Shown one piece after another: positions 34,242 through 43,943 of a DNA stretch of 60,058 nt. This DNA is from an uncultured Dehalococcoidaceae bacterium (GTDB lineage: Bacteria; Chloroflexota; Dehalococcoidia; Dehalococcoidales; RBG-16-60-22). Position 1 is the stretch's first letter. Each line of letters begins with the position of its first letter. Under the pieces are notes generated by a model, which saw nothing but the letters and a program-made list of their open reading frames with translations, did not search any database and was not told where the DNA came from. The stretch spans positions 1-60,058 of the forward strand of contig CAYPDM010000002.1 of NCBI GenBank assembly GCA_964409485.1. The letters are read 5' to 3'. The position numbers and the translations under genes are program-made.

Positions 34242-35525
34242 TTAGAAAATCGACTTCCTGACGATGGTCTGTTCCCGTCTCTGCCCTATGGAAATCAGGC
34301 TCGCCGGACAGCCGATTAGCTCCTCCAGTCTCTTGACATACCGCTGCGCCTTGGTGGGCAGTTCCGAGAAAATCCTCACGCCGTCGGTAGGCTTTTCCCA
34401 GCCCGCTATCTCCTCGTAGACCGGCTGGCATTTCCCCAGGATAACGGCGCTGGCCGGGAAACTCTCGATTGTCTCGCCATCGATCTTATAGCCGGTGCAT
34501 ATCTTAAGTCGGGGCATTTTATCCAGGACGTCCAGGCGCGTGATGGCGATACTGGTAAACCCGTTGACGCGCTTGCTCAAGCGGGCGGCCACCGCATCGA
34601 ACCACCCGCAGCGGCGGGGCCGGTGGGTAACGGTGCCGTATTCCTGACCGTACTCGCGTATGGCGTCGCCCGTTTCATCATTAAGCTCCGTGGGCATGGG
34701 CCCCGCGCCCACCCTGGTCTGGAAGGCTTTGAACACGCCCAGGACGTGGGTCAACTGGTTGGGGCCGATTCCAGACCCCAGGCAGGCGCCGCCGGCCATC
34801 GGTGACGATGACGTACCGTAGGGATACGTGCCGAAATCCGGGTCCAGCAGGGTCCCTTGGGCGCCTTCGAGGAGAATGGGTTCGTTACGCTCCAGTGCCG
34901 CGGCCAGCATGGCGGTCGTATCGCAGATAAGCGGGGAAAGTTTGTCGGCGTATACGCAGTACTGACTGTATATTTCATCGAATGATAGCGGTTCTTTACT
35001 GAATACTTTCGTAATAATTTTATTTTTATATTCCAGCGCCAGGGTCAGCCTCTCTTTCAGCACCTCCTTGTCCAGCAGGTCGCCCGCCCTGATGCCGGTC
35101 CTCGCCACCTTATCGCCGTACGCGGGGCCGATGCCCTTGCGCGTGGTGCCGATGGCGTTATTGCCCAGCGAGTCCTCTTCCATACCCTCGATGGCTATAT
35201 GGTAGGGCATTATCAGGTGGGCGCGGTCGCTGATATAGAGTCGGGAAGTATCCACTTTACGAGAGTTCAGTTCTTCCAGCTCGCGGAGAAGTACGGCGGG
35301 ATTAAGCACGACACCGTTGCCTATTACGGACGTTGTATCAGAGTAAAAAATCCCTGACGGCGTCAGCCGTAATTTGAATTCGCCGGAGGGATTAACAACC
35401 GTATGGCCGGCATTATCGCCTCCGGAAAAACGCACCACGTACCTGGCTTTCTCCGCCAACATATCGACGATTTTCCCTTTACCTTCATCTCCCCATTGAG
35501 CTCCGATTACAGCAGCGACTGGCAT
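34242..35525 (-). CDS. purA: adenylosuccinate synthase
   Basis: 427 aa. GAQWGDEGKGK, GGDNAGHT, GTTRKGIGPAY. Confidence 0.96.
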   Translation of the reverse strand: MPVAAVIGAQWGDEGKGKIVDMLAEKARYVVRFSGGDNAGHTVVNPSGEFKLRLTPSGIFYSDTTSVIGNGVVLNPAVLLRELEELNSRKVDTSRLYISDRAHLIMPYHIAIEGMEEDSLGNNAIGTTRKGIGPAYGDKVARTGIRAGDLLDKEVLKERLTLALEYKNKIITKVFSKEPLSFDEIYSQYCVYADKLSPLICDTTAMLAAALERNEPILLEGAQGTLLDPDFGTYPYGTSSSPMAGGACLGSGIGPNQLTHVLGVFKAFQTRVGAGPMPTELNDETGDAIREYGQEYGTVTHRPRRCGWFDAVAARLSKRVNGFTSIAITRLDVLDKMPRLKICTGYKIDGETIESFPASAVILGKCQPVYEEIAGWEKPTDGVRIFSELPTKAQRYVKRLEELIGCPASLISIGQRREQTIVRKSIF

Positions 35526-35624
35526 AGTCTCCTCCGTTCCGCAAAAAAATCCAGCATAAATTCTACTACTAAAAATGCAATATGTCTATAATCCTTACAT
35601 CCGCCTTATAAAAATATCCTGCAA

Positions 35625-36221
35625 TCATTCCCTTGTTTGCTTCCAGGCGTAAATCAGCCTCTGCCCCGCTGTGAAGTAGCTGAAGAATGTGATGATAGAC
35701 AGGGCAATGACCAGCGCATAAGCGAATCCGCTTAACAATAGTCCCAGCGCCAGCACGATAACTCTCTCCGGCCGGGTAAACAGTCCCGCCCGGCATTCGA
35801 TGCCCAGCCCCTCCATCCTGGCGCGGATATAGCTGACCATCAGCGAGCCCAGCAGGGCAAAGCCCACGAGCAGGCTTTCGGCTACCTCCCCGCCCCGCGC
35901 GAACACCGCCAGCAGGCCCAGCAGCAGGACGGCCTCGGAAAGCCGGTCGAGCGTGGAATCGAGTATCCCGCCGAAGCGCGTTACCCGGTTCGTGGCGCGC
36001 GCCAGGGCGCCGTCCAGCATATCAAAAAAGCCGGCTACAAGCACGACGATGCCCGCGGCGAAAAGGTGTTCGGTGGCGATAAGCGCCGCGGCGGCGATGG
36101 TTATGCAGAATCCGAGCCAGGTTACCGCGTTGGGAGTCAGCGGAGTTCTGGCCAGGAGATTGGCAATCGGTTGCGTGACGCAGTTGGATATATTTTTACG
36201 GGTCTTTTCCAGTTTTGGCAT
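35625..36221 (-). CDS. CDP-alcohol phosphatidyltransferase, probable phosphatidylinositol-phosphate synthase
   Basis: 198 aa. DMLDGALARATNRVTRFGGILDSTLDRLSE fits D-x2-DG-x2-AR-x8-G-x3-D-x3-D. Operonic with ino1. Confidence 0.8.
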   Translation of the reverse strand: MPKLEKTRKNISNCVTQPIANLLARTPLTPNAVTWLGFCITIAAAALIATEHLFAAGIVVLVAGFFDMLDGALARATNRVTRFGGILDSTLDRLSEAVLLLGLLAVFARGGEVAESLLVGFALLGSLMVSYIRARMEGLGIECRAGLFTRPERVIVLALGLLLSGFAYALVIALSIITFFSYFTAGQRLIYAWKQTRE

Positions 36222-36224
36222 TGT

Positions 36225-37412
36225 TCAGTGCTTTCCTGAAGCCGCGCCGGTCTGCGGGGTGTTTGCTCCCGGGGTTTCTTTGGCCTGCTTTATCCCGTCG
36301 AGGGTTTCAACGTAGAAGTCCAGTACTTTCGTGGCTACGCTCGACCAGTCGTACTGCACCGCCTTGGGTTTGCCCCTGGCCCCCATCTGCTTTCGCAGCG
36401 GCTCGTCGGCGCAGAGCTTGAGAATCGCTTCGGCCAGTTTCTCCGAGTCCCTCGGAGGCACGGTAATTCCCTCTACACCGTCGCTAAGGACGCTGGAATA
36501 ACCGTCTATGTCCGAGGCGATTATCGGTTTGCCGACGGACATCGCCTCCAGCAGAACGATGCCGAAGCTTTCCCGTCCGGTTGCCGGAAAGCAAACGACA
36601 TCGGCCGTGGTGTAGTACTTGGGTAAATCGCTGTAAGGGGCGTAACCGATAAAAAACACGTCATCGAGCCTGTTCTTCATGACTCGCTTCTCGTATTTGT
36701 TGCGCAGTCGGACGCCGGGACCCACGGCAATCAGGCGGCAATCTGGATTCTCCTGCTTTACCAGCTTATAAGCGTGGAGCAGGTAATCAAAACCCTTCCG
36801 CTTCTCAAATCGCCCCACGAATAAAATGTTAAACGTGCCGTCGTTGAATCTCTCTATCGCCGATGCGTGGTTATTGAAGTGATGCGTGTCAATCCCGTTG
36901 GGTATAATGGTGTACTCGGAGGGGAAGAAGGTATTTGCGTAGTCCAGCGCTATCTGGGAAACGGCGATATGGCCGTCGAGCTTGCGGAACCAGCGGTCGA
37001 GGTACCACTTCATTATCGGTGAAAACATGGTATACCAGGGCTTGCCCCCGGAAGCGTGAAACGTGCCGACCATCGGCGCGTGTTTCAATCTCAAAATGGT
37101 GGTGCATAGCGTCGGCATCAGGGGCTCGTGGAGGTGGCAGATATCGAACTTCTCCCGTTCGAACGTCTCGTTTATCTGCGATTCCAGTCTTACCGATACG
37201 GTAACCCGTGCGATTGACCCGCTGACCGGAATCGGACGGGGTGTGCCGATGCGTATAAAACGGTCGCCCAGCGTGTAAATCGCTTTAGAGGCCGGGGCGA
37301 TTATTTTAACGTCGTGGCCCAGGCGGGTGAACTGCTGTTCCAGGCAGGAGATATGGTTGACCACGCCGCCGGGGTAAGCGAAGTCATAAGGCGATACCAG
37401 CGCTATCTTCAT
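36225..37412 (-). CDS. GT4-family glycosyltransferase, PimA-like
   Basis: 395 aa. The N-terminus MKIALVSPYDFAYPGGVVNHI resembles mycobacterial PimA. E-x7-E region FPATGRESFGIVLLEAM. Confidence 0.8.
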   Translation of the reverse strand: MKIALVSPYDFAYPGGVVNHISCLEQQFTRLGHDVKIIAPASKAIYTLGDRFIRIGTPRPIPVSGSIARVTVSVRLESQINETFEREKFDICHLHEPLMPTLCTTILRLKHAPMVGTFHASGGKPWYTMFSPIMKWYLDRWFRKLDGHIAVSQIALDYANTFFPSEYTIIPNGIDTHHFNNHASAIERFNDGTFNILFVGRFEKRKGFDYLLHAYKLVKQENPDCRLIAVGPGVRLRNKYEKRVMKNRLDDVFFIGYAPYSDLPKYYTTADVVCFPATGRESFGIVLLEAMSVGKPIIASDIDGYSSVLSDGVEGITVPPRDSEKLAEAILKLCADEPLRKQMGARGKPKAVQYDWSSVATKVLDFYVETLDGIKQAKETPGANTPQTGAASGKH

Positions 37413-37418
37413 GGGTAG

Positions 37419-38540
37419 CTACTTGGTAGCCTCCTGTTTTTGCGGCTGTTTGGCTACGGCATCGGGCCGGGCCGTGGCCTTGATATAATCTTCCACCATC
37501 TTGCGCGCCTCGTCATCCGTGTACTGGATAGGCGGTGACTTCATGAAGTAGGCGGATGGCGCGGTTAATTCTCCTTTAAGTCCGTTATCCAGCGCCAGCT
37601 TGCAGCACCTGACGGCGTCGATGACCACCCCGGCGGAGTTGGGGCTGTCCCAGACCTCCATCTTCATGTCGATTGTCAGCGGAACGTCGCCGAAGGTGCG
37701 CCCCTCCATCTTGATATGACAGTACTTGCGGTCTTTCAGCCACGGCACGTAATCGCTGGGGCCCACGTGTATGTCGTCGGGGTCCATCTCGTAATTAAGC
37801 TGGGAAGTAACCGACGATGTCTTGGATATTTTCTTGGATTCCAGTCTTTCACGCTCCAGCATATTGAGAAAGTCCGTGTTGCCGCCGAAGTTCAGCTGGT
37901 AGGTATGTTCCAGCTTCACGCCCCGGTCCATGAAAAGTCGTGCCAGCAGGCGGTGGGTGATGGTGGCGCCGACCTGCGACTTGATGTCGTCGCCGATGAT
38001 TGGCAGCCCCCTGTCGGCGAAGCGTTTCTGCCAGTACTTTTCCTTGGCGATAAATACCGGTATGCAGTTAACCAGACCGCAGCCTGCCTCCAGTATCTGT
38101 TCGATGTACCACTTGGTGGCTTCCTCGCTGCCCACGGGCAGGTAGTTGATGACCACATCAGTCTTGGTTTCTTTAAGGATGCCGACGATGTCCGCCGTGG
38201 GTCCGGGGGCTTTCTGTATTATCTGCGAGAGGTATTTGCCCAGCCCGTCGTGGGTCATACCCCGGTTCACCTTCACCCCCATAGGAGGAACCTTGCAAAA
38301 TTCGAAAGTATTGTTCGGCTTGGTGTAAATTGCCTCCGAAAGGTCCTTGCCGACCTTGTTCTTATCGACGTCGAAGGCGGCCACGAAGTTGATATCGCTG
38401 ATATGGTAGCCGCCCAGGTTGACGTGCATCAGCCCCGGCACGAACTCGCCTTCCTTGGCGTTCTGATAGTAGTGAACGCCCTGTATTAATGATGAGGCGC
38501 AGTTGCCCACGCCGATTACTGCCACGTTTATTTTTCCCAT
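37419..38540 (-). CDS. ino1: myo-inositol-1-phosphate synthase
   Basis: 373 aa. [13 protein letters not shown] Rossmann start, ...NFGGNTDF..., SKKISKT motifs of prokaryotic MIPS. Confidence 0.92.
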   Translation of the reverse strand: MGKINVAVIGVGNCASSLIQGVHYYQNAKEGEFVPGLMHVNLGGYHISDINFVAAFDVDKNKVGKDLSEAIYTKPNNTFEFCKVPPMGVKVNRGMTHDGLGKYLSQIIQKAPGPTADIVGILKETKTDVVINYLPVGSEEATKWYIEQILEAGCGLVNCIPVFIAKEKYWQKRFADRGLPIIGDDIKSQVGATITHRLLARLFMDRGVKLEHTYQLNFGGNTDFLNMLERERLESKKISKTSSVTSQLNYEMDPDDIHVGPSDYVPWLKDRKYCHIKMEGRTFGDVPLTIDMKMEVWDSPNSAGVVIDAVRCCKLALDNGLKGELTAPSAYFMKSPPIQYTDDEARKMVEDYIKATARPDAVAKQPQKQEATK

Positions 38541-38580
38541 GTTAAGATATCCTCCCCTTTATAAAGAGATGATGCTGTAG

Positions 38581-38651
38581 AGTCTAATGAATAGTCCGGT
38601 TCCTGTCAAGCACCGATTTGAACTATACTCCCTTTAGGCACGGGCTGTCAA
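38581..38651 (-). promoter_or_regulatory. two tandem candidate promoters for the ino1 operon
   Basis: Minus strand: TTGACA(38651-38646)-N18-TATAGT(38627-38622) and TTGACA(38609-38604)-N17-TAGACT(38586-38581). Confidence 0.45.
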
Positions 38652-38712
38652 GACTTATGCTTGGCTGCGCCGGCATTTATTTCTCATTCTACGGGAGCAT
38701 TTTTACAACGGG

Positions 38713-39603
38713 CTATATAAGCACCTTCTTCGGCTGCCAGACGCCTTTGTCGGCAGCGTACCGCAGTACCCCCAGGAAACGTCCGTCCGCGGAATAGGCG
38801 CGGCAGTATTTCTGCGGTGAATCGCCTCTGTTTTCCTGCTCAAGCGCCAGCGGACTCCCCTTTTTAATGGCCTCCTCGCCGGCATCATCCACCACTACCG
38901 CGTCATAGTCCTGCAGCACGATATCCACGGGATAGACGAAGTGCTCCCAGTACCCATGTTGAAATGCCTCCTCAAGCTGCGTTAGCGAAACGGCGTCCTT
39001 GATATCGAAGATGCCGCACCGCGTGCGTACCAGGCCCTTGAGGTGGGCGCCGCAGCCGAGCGACTCTCCCAGGTCGTTCGCCAGCGACCTTACGTAGGTG
39101 CCTTTGCTGCATTCCACCTCCAGGGTAACCACCGGCGGTTGCCAGTCGAGCATTTCCAGGCGGTGAATCGTCACCGTGCGGCTCTTTCGTTCTATCTCGA
39201 TTCCCTCCCGCGCCAGCTTGTAAAGCGGCTTCCCCCGGTGCTTTACCGCGCTGTACATCGGCGGGGTCTGCCGGATAGAGCCGCGGAACGCTTCCAGGGC
39301 GGACTCTACTTCAGCGCGGTCGATGCCGGCAGCGTTTCCCCTCCGGGTAATTTTACCGCTGGCGTCATAGGTATCCGTCGATACGCCGAGTTGTATCCCG
39401 GCGCGGTACGTCTTGGTGGCGTCCATCAGAAATTCGACGATGCGTGTGCCACGCCCAAGGCAGACCGGCAGGACTCCGGTGGCGTCCGGGTCCAGCGTTC
39501 CGGAATGGCCGGCCCGGCGCTCGCCGCTTAAACGTTTCACCACAGCAACCACGCTGAAAGATGTCTTTCCGGGGGGTTTATTGATATTAAGAATGCCGTC
39601 CAA
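38713..39603 (-). CDS. truB: tRNA pseudouridine(55) synthase
   Basis: 296 aa. GILNINKPPGKTS, catalytic GTLDP, PUA-like C-terminus. Confidence 0.95.
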   Translation of the reverse strand: MDGILNINKPPGKTSFSVVAVVKRLSGERRAGHSGTLDPDATGVLPVCLGRGTRIVEFLMDATKTYRAGIQLGVSTDTYDASGKITRRGNAAGIDRAEVESALEAFRGSIRQTPPMYSAVKHRGKPLYKLAREGIEIERKSRTVTIHRLEMLDWQPPVVTLEVECSKGTYVRSLANDLGESLGCGAHLKGLVRTRCGIFDIKDAVSLTQLEEAFQHGYWEHFVYPVDIVLQDYDAVVVDDAGEEAIKKGSPLALEQENRGDSPQKYCRAYSADGRFLGVLRYAADKGVWQPKKVLI

Positions 39604-39605
39604 GG

Positions 39606-39959
39606 TCAGTCCTTGTATTCCTCGCTGGCCTGGTCGATGAGGCGCAGTATACGGTCGCCGTGCTCGATGGAGTTATCCCAGTGGAAGCTCAACTCCGGGG
39701 TGCGCCGCAGGTTTGCTTTCCTGGCAAGCTCGGAGCGCAGGAAACCGGAGGCGGTGTTGAGGACTCCCAGTATTTTATCTTCCTGCTGCTGACCGCCGAT
39801 GCTGCTGACGAAGACCTTGGCATATTTAAGGTCGGAGGAGGTATCGACCTCGGTTACGGCGATGAATTCGTCGAGTCGGGGGTCTCTAAGCTCACGCTGG
39901 ATTAACTCGCTGATTTCCCGCCGAATGAGGGTATTTACCCGTTCGATGTGATGCGCCAT
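39606..39959 (-). CDS. rbfA: ribosome-binding factor A
   Basis: 117 aa. RVNTLIRREISELI...VTEVDTSSDLKYAKVFV. Confidence 0.93.
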   Translation of the reverse strand: MAHHIERVNTLIRREISELIQRELRDPRLDEFIAVTEVDTSSDLKYAKVFVSSIGGQQQEDKILGVLNTASGFLRSELARKANLRRTPELSFHWDNSIEHGDRILRLIDQASEEYKD

Positions 39960-39983
39960 AAGCTGAAGCCCGGTTACCCGTTG

Positions 39984-41831
39984 CTACCCGGATTTTTCCA
40001 TTCTATAAAATTCCAGCGTGTCGCCGACTTCAAAATCGTTAAAGTCCTTGATGCCCACGCCGCACTCGTAGCCGGCGGTCACTTCTTTGGCGTCGTCTTT
40101 AAACCGTTTCAGGCTGCTCACTGTTGAATCGGCCAGTACTTCCTTGCCCCGGTATACCCTGACGGACGCATTGCGGATTACCTTGCCGTCGGTGACGTAT
40201 GAGCCGGCTGCCTTGGCGCCCTTGCCGGCCGAGAAGACCGCCCTTACCTCGGCGCGCCCGTCGGTAACCTCGACATAGGTAGGCTCGAGCATGCCCTTCA
40301 TTGCTTTGGTTATATCGTCGGCCAGGTTGTATATCACGCTGTAGTGGCGGATGTCCACGCCGCTGGTGGATGCCAGCATGCGGGCCCCTTCCGCGGTGTT
40401 CACATTGAAGCCGATGATAAGTCCGTTGGAAGCTGAAGCCAGCATGACATCGCTCTCGGTGACATTGCCGGTGCCGCTGTGGATTAGTCTGACCTTTACT
40501 TCATCCGTGCCCAGCTGTTCCAGGGAACTCCTGATAGGCTCGATACTGCCCTGGACATCCGTCTTGAGGATGACGTTGAGTTCTTTTACCTTACCGGCGC
40601 TTATCTGGTCGTACAGGGTATTGAGGCTAATCGAAGCTCCAGCTTTGGAAGCCTTTCTCTCCGCTTCCGCCTTGTTCCTGGCCAGCAAAGCCTGGGCGTG
40701 GCGCTCATCGGCTACCGCCGTTAAGGTGTCTCCGACCTGCGCTACTTCGGCCAGCCCCAGGACTGCGGCGGGGGTGGATGGCTCCGCCTTCTTTATCCGC
40801 TTGCCCAGGTAGTTGAACATGGACCTTACCCTGCCCCACGTATTACCGACGACTACCGTATCGCCTTCTTGTAATGTCCCTGTTTGTATGAGTATCGTTG
40901 CCAGCGGCCCGCGGCTCCTGTCCATCTTGGCTTCGATAACCACGCCGTGGGCGGACTGGTTCGGGTTGGCCTTCAGTTCCTCCATTTCCGCCACCAGCAG
41001 GACGCTTTCCAGCATCTCTTTGATACCCTTTTTCTCTTTGGCGGATATCTCCACGCACACGATATTGCCTCCCCACTCCTCGATGACCAGTCCGGCTTCG
41101 GTCAATTGCTGTTTCACCAGGTTCGGGTTGGCATTATCTTTGTCGATTTTATTAATCGCCACGACTATCGGCACCTCGGCGGCTCGAGCATGGTTTATCG
41201 CTTCGATAGTCTGCGGCATGACGCCGTCGTCGGCGGCGACCACCAGGACGGTGACATCGGTGATGTTGGCTCCGTGAGCCCGCATGGCCGTAAAGGCTTC
41301 ATGCCCCGGCGTATCCAGGAACGTAATTTTGTGACCGTCTATCGTTGCCTGGTAAGCGCCGATGTGCTGGGTAATGCCTCCCGCCTCCTGGTCTACTACG
41401 TTGGTCTGCCTGATGGCGTCGAGTAATTTGGTCTTGCCGTGGTCGACATGGCCCATAACCGTCACTATCGGCGGGCGTGGCTGTAAATTAGCGGCGTCTT
41501 TACCGTAGCTCTTCTTGAGTTTTTTACTCTCCTCCGCGGCGGTGGCCATCTGCTGGTCTTTCAACTTCCTAAGTCGTGCTTTAAAGCCGAAACCCGTCAC
41601 GATGGCAGCGGCCATATCGTAGTCTATTATCTGGTTGATGTTGGCCATGATGCCGTTGCGCATCAACTGCTTGATGACGAGGATAGAATCGACCTGCAGC
41701 ATGTCGGCCAGCTGCCTGACGCCTATGGAGCGCGGGATATCGATTACAGGGACCTTCGTAGCGGCGGATTTTTTCTCGGTTTTTTCCGCCGCTGGTCCGG
41801 CTGTTTTTTCTTGTTTACTGGCTCTCGGCAC
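39984..41831 (-). CDS. infB: translation initiation factor IF-2 (short N-terminal region)
   Basis: 615 aa. G-domain [20 protein letters not shown]. Confidence 0.96.
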   Translation of the reverse strand: MPRASKQEKTAGPAAEKTEKKSAATKVPVIDIPRSIGVRQLADMLQVDSILVIKQLMRNGIMANINQIIDYDMAAAIVTGFGFKARLRKLKDQQMATAAEESKKLKKSYGKDAANLQPRPPIVTVMGHVDHGKTKLLDAIRQTNVVDQEAGGITQHIGAYQATIDGHKITFLDTPGHEAFTAMRAHGANITDVTVLVVAADDGVMPQTIEAINHARAAEVPIVVAINKIDKDNANPNLVKQQLTEAGLVIEEWGGNIVCVEISAKEKKGIKEMLESVLLVAEMEELKANPNQSAHGVVIEAKMDRSRGPLATILIQTGTLQEGDTVVVGNTWGRVRSMFNYLGKRIKKAEPSTPAAVLGLAEVAQVGDTLTAVADERHAQALLARNKAEAERKASKAGASISLNTLYDQISAGKVKELNVILKTDVQGSIEPIRSSLEQLGTDEVKVRLIHSGTGNVTESDVMLASASNGLIIGFNVNTAEGARMLASTSGVDIRHYSVIYNLADDITKAMKGMLEPTYVEVTDGRAEVRAVFSAGKGAKAAGSYVTDGKVIRNASVRVYRGKEVLADSTVSSLKRFKDDAKEVTAGYECGVGIKDFNDFEVGDTLEFYRMEKSG

Positions 41832-42156
41832 CGGTTAACTCCTTCAGCAGGTCTTTTCCGCTTTTTATAAGCTGTTCTTTTTTATCCCTGGAAAGGCTGC
41901 CCCTTAAAGTGTGTTCCAGCTGCTTGTTGTTCAAAGCTTTTTCCCAGCAATCATGGTCCGGGCAAATATAGGCGCCCCGCCCCTCCTTTTTCCCGGCCGT
42001 ATCTATTTCAATATCGCCTCCGCGCGTGCGCACCAGGCGGATCATCTCCCTCTTGGCTCTTATCCGGCGGCAGCCCACGCAGGTCCGCCGGGGTGCCGGC
42101 TTTGTTGAAACGGCTTGAGTTCTAGAAATTATCCTCATCTTCCTCCATGATTTCAA
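41815..42156 (-). CDS. ylxR: YlxR/DUF448-family RNA-binding protein
   Basis: [20 protein letters not shown]...GRGAYICP motif. The start is uncertain (M1 at 42156 or M7 at 42138; both overlap the nusA end). Confidence 0.8.
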   Translation of the reverse strand: MKSWRKMRIISRTQAVSTKPAPRRTCVGCRRIRAKREMIRLVRTRGGDIEIDTAGKKEGRGAYICPDHDCWEKALNNKQLEHTLRGSLSRDKKEQLIKSGKDLLKELTGAESQ

Positions 42157-43606
42157 AATCGCGGCGCCCTTTCCTGACTTTTACGCCGTCCTCACTGGTA
42201 TCCTTGGTGTAGCCGCCCTTCTTTTTCTTCTTTGTCTTACTTGTTTTGGCGGTGGGCCTGGTTCTTCGGGGGACCATGATATCTTCGGCAAACCGCAGCT
42301 GCGGTTTTTCATCGTCTTCCTGTTTGAGGGCGATTGGAGGCGCCAGGACCACCTCTTCCTCCACCGGTTCTTCTTCGGCCGCCTCTTCCTCGGCTTCTTC
42401 TGCCGCGGGTTCCTCGGCAATCGTTGCTTCGTCCGGAATGGTCAGTTCCGCCAGCAGGTCTTCGGCGACTATCTCCTCGGCTACGGCTTCGATTGCTTCC
42501 CCTTCTTCCGCTTCGGCTGTTTCTGCTGCCGCTGCCTCGGGTGCCACCGCGACGGCTTTAGCCTTCTCGGCTTCGGCCATGGAAGCGCTCTTGATATCTA
42601 TGCGCCACCCGGTAAGTTTGGCGGCCAGACGGGCGTTTTGCCCTTCCTTGCCGATGGCCAGGGACAGCTGCCTATCCGGGACGATGACGGTGGCGGAATC
42701 CTCATCTTCGTGCAGTTGCACGCTGACGATGTGCGCCGGGCTCAAGGCGTTGGCAATAAAGGTGGCCGGGTCCGGGTTCCACTGTACTACGTCTATTTTT
42801 TCGCCGTTCAACTCGCTGACGATGTTCTGTATTCTGATACCGCGCAGGCCGACGCAGCAGCCCACCGGGTCGATGCCTTCCTGCTTGGCGGCTACGGCTA
42901 TCTTGCTTCTGAAGCCGGCTTCGCGGGCGATGAATTTTATCTCCACTGTTCCGTTATATACCTCCGGGACTTCCAGCTCGAAAAGCCGGCGCAGCAGTTC
43001 CGGGTGAGAACGTGACACGATTACTTTAGGGCCTTTGCTGGTGCGGGCTACCTGTAAAAGGACTACCTTGAGGCGCTGCCCCACCCGGTATCGCTCGGTG
43101 CGTACCTGCTCGGGTGCCGGCAGTATGGCCTCAGTCCTGCCCAGGTCTATGTTCACCTGTCCCATTTCAAAGCGCTGGACCACTCCGCTGACAACTTCCC
43201 CCTCTTTATCAGCGTACTCTTCAAAGATGGCGCTGTGCTCCGCTTCATGGAGGCGCTGCAGTATGACCTGCTTGGCGGTTTGCGCCGCGATACGTCCGGC
43301 ATTAGCCGGCGTTGACTCGACCATGATAGCCTCGCCGAGCTCGGCGTCCTCTTTGATCTTTCTCGCCTCCTTCAGCGAGATTTCAAACTGCGGGTCGGCA
43401 GGTTTCTCAATCACCTGTTTTTCCGCCCATACTTCAACCTTGCCGCTGTTCGGGTTGATTTTAACGGCGATATTCTGGTTGGAGTCGAAGTTGTCCTTCT
43501 TGTAGGCAGACACCAGTGCGGCCTCGACGGCGGTAAGCACTACGTCTTTCGGCAGGTTCTTCTCTGCCGAAAGCTGTGTTATGGCGAGCAAGAAATCGCT
43601 CTTCAT
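42122..43606 (-). CDS. nusA: transcription termination/antitermination factor NusA with a long acidic-then-basic C-terminal tail
   Basis: Start placed at the ATG ([23 protein letters not shown]), 12 nt after GGAGG; the ORF is open to the TTG at 43636. NTD, S1 and two KH domains. The last ~150 aa are low complexity. Confidence 0.93.
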   Translation of the reverse strand: MKSDFLLAITQLSAEKNLPKDVVLTAVEAALVSAYKKDNFDSNQNIAVKINPNSGKVEVWAEKQVIEKPADPQFEISLKEARKIKEDAELGEAIMVESTPANAGRIAAQTAKQVILQRLHEAEHSAIFEEYADKEGEVVSGVVQRFEMGQVNIDLGRTEAILPAPEQVRTERYRVGQRLKVVLLQVARTSKGPKVIVSRSHPELLRRLFELEVPEVYNGTVEIKFIAREAGFRSKIAVAAKQEGIDPVGCCVGLRGIRIQNIVSELNGEKIDVVQWNPDPATFIANALSPAHIVSVQLHEDEDSATVIVPDRQLSLAIGKEGQNARLAAKLTGWRIDIKSASMAEAEKAKAVAVAPEAAAAETAEAEEGEAIEAVAEEIVAEDLLAELTIPDEATIAEEPAAEEAEEEAAEEEPVEEEVVLAPPIALKQEDDEKPQLRFAEDIMVPRRTRPTAKTSKTKKKKKGGYTKDTSEDGVKVRKGRRDFEIMEEDEDNF

Positions 43607-43646
43607 TTCGGATGAAAACCTCCGATACTTATTCAATTCAAGTAAT

Positions 43647-43673
43647 TAAAAAAGTGGGAATCAAACCCACTTT
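43647..43673 (-). terminator. intrinsic-terminator-like hairpin in the nusA leader (candidate attenuator)
   Basis: Minus strand AAGTGGG-TTTGATT-CCCACTT followed by TTTTTT, located between the candidate promoter (43705-43733) and the nusA start. Confidence 0.5.
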
Positions 43674-43704
43674 ACTACATCGCTATTCTTATCCTGACAG
43701 CCTC

Positions 43705-43733
43705 ATTATAACATGCTTTTTCCCATTATGCAA
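43705..43733 (-). promoter_or_regulatory. candidate promoter of the nusA operon (TTGCAT-N17-TATAAT)
   Basis: Minus strand: -35 at 43733-43728, perfect -10 at 43710-43705. Confidence 0.5.
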
Positions 43734-43770
43734 GACTAAATAATATCAATATTTCACCTGTATTTTATTT

Positions 43771-43837
43771 CCCCGCCTACCCCTGCTGTTTTCTTTTCCC
43801 ACCCATGCCGCACTCGCGTCATTCTCTGCTTATCCCC
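43771..43837 (+). repeat. left-box copy (diverged) of the composite repeat family
   Basis: CCCCGCCTACCCCTGCTGTTTTCTTTTCCCACCCATGCCGCACTCGCGTCATTCTCTGCTTATCCCC. Confidence 0.6.
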
Positions 43838-43943
43838 ATCGCATATCCCCCGTCACAATAAACTACCTTTCAATCCCAATCTTACTGGGTTATAATGAAG
43901 ATATTGGGGCTTATATTCTTCCTGGATTAATGGAGAAACGGAA

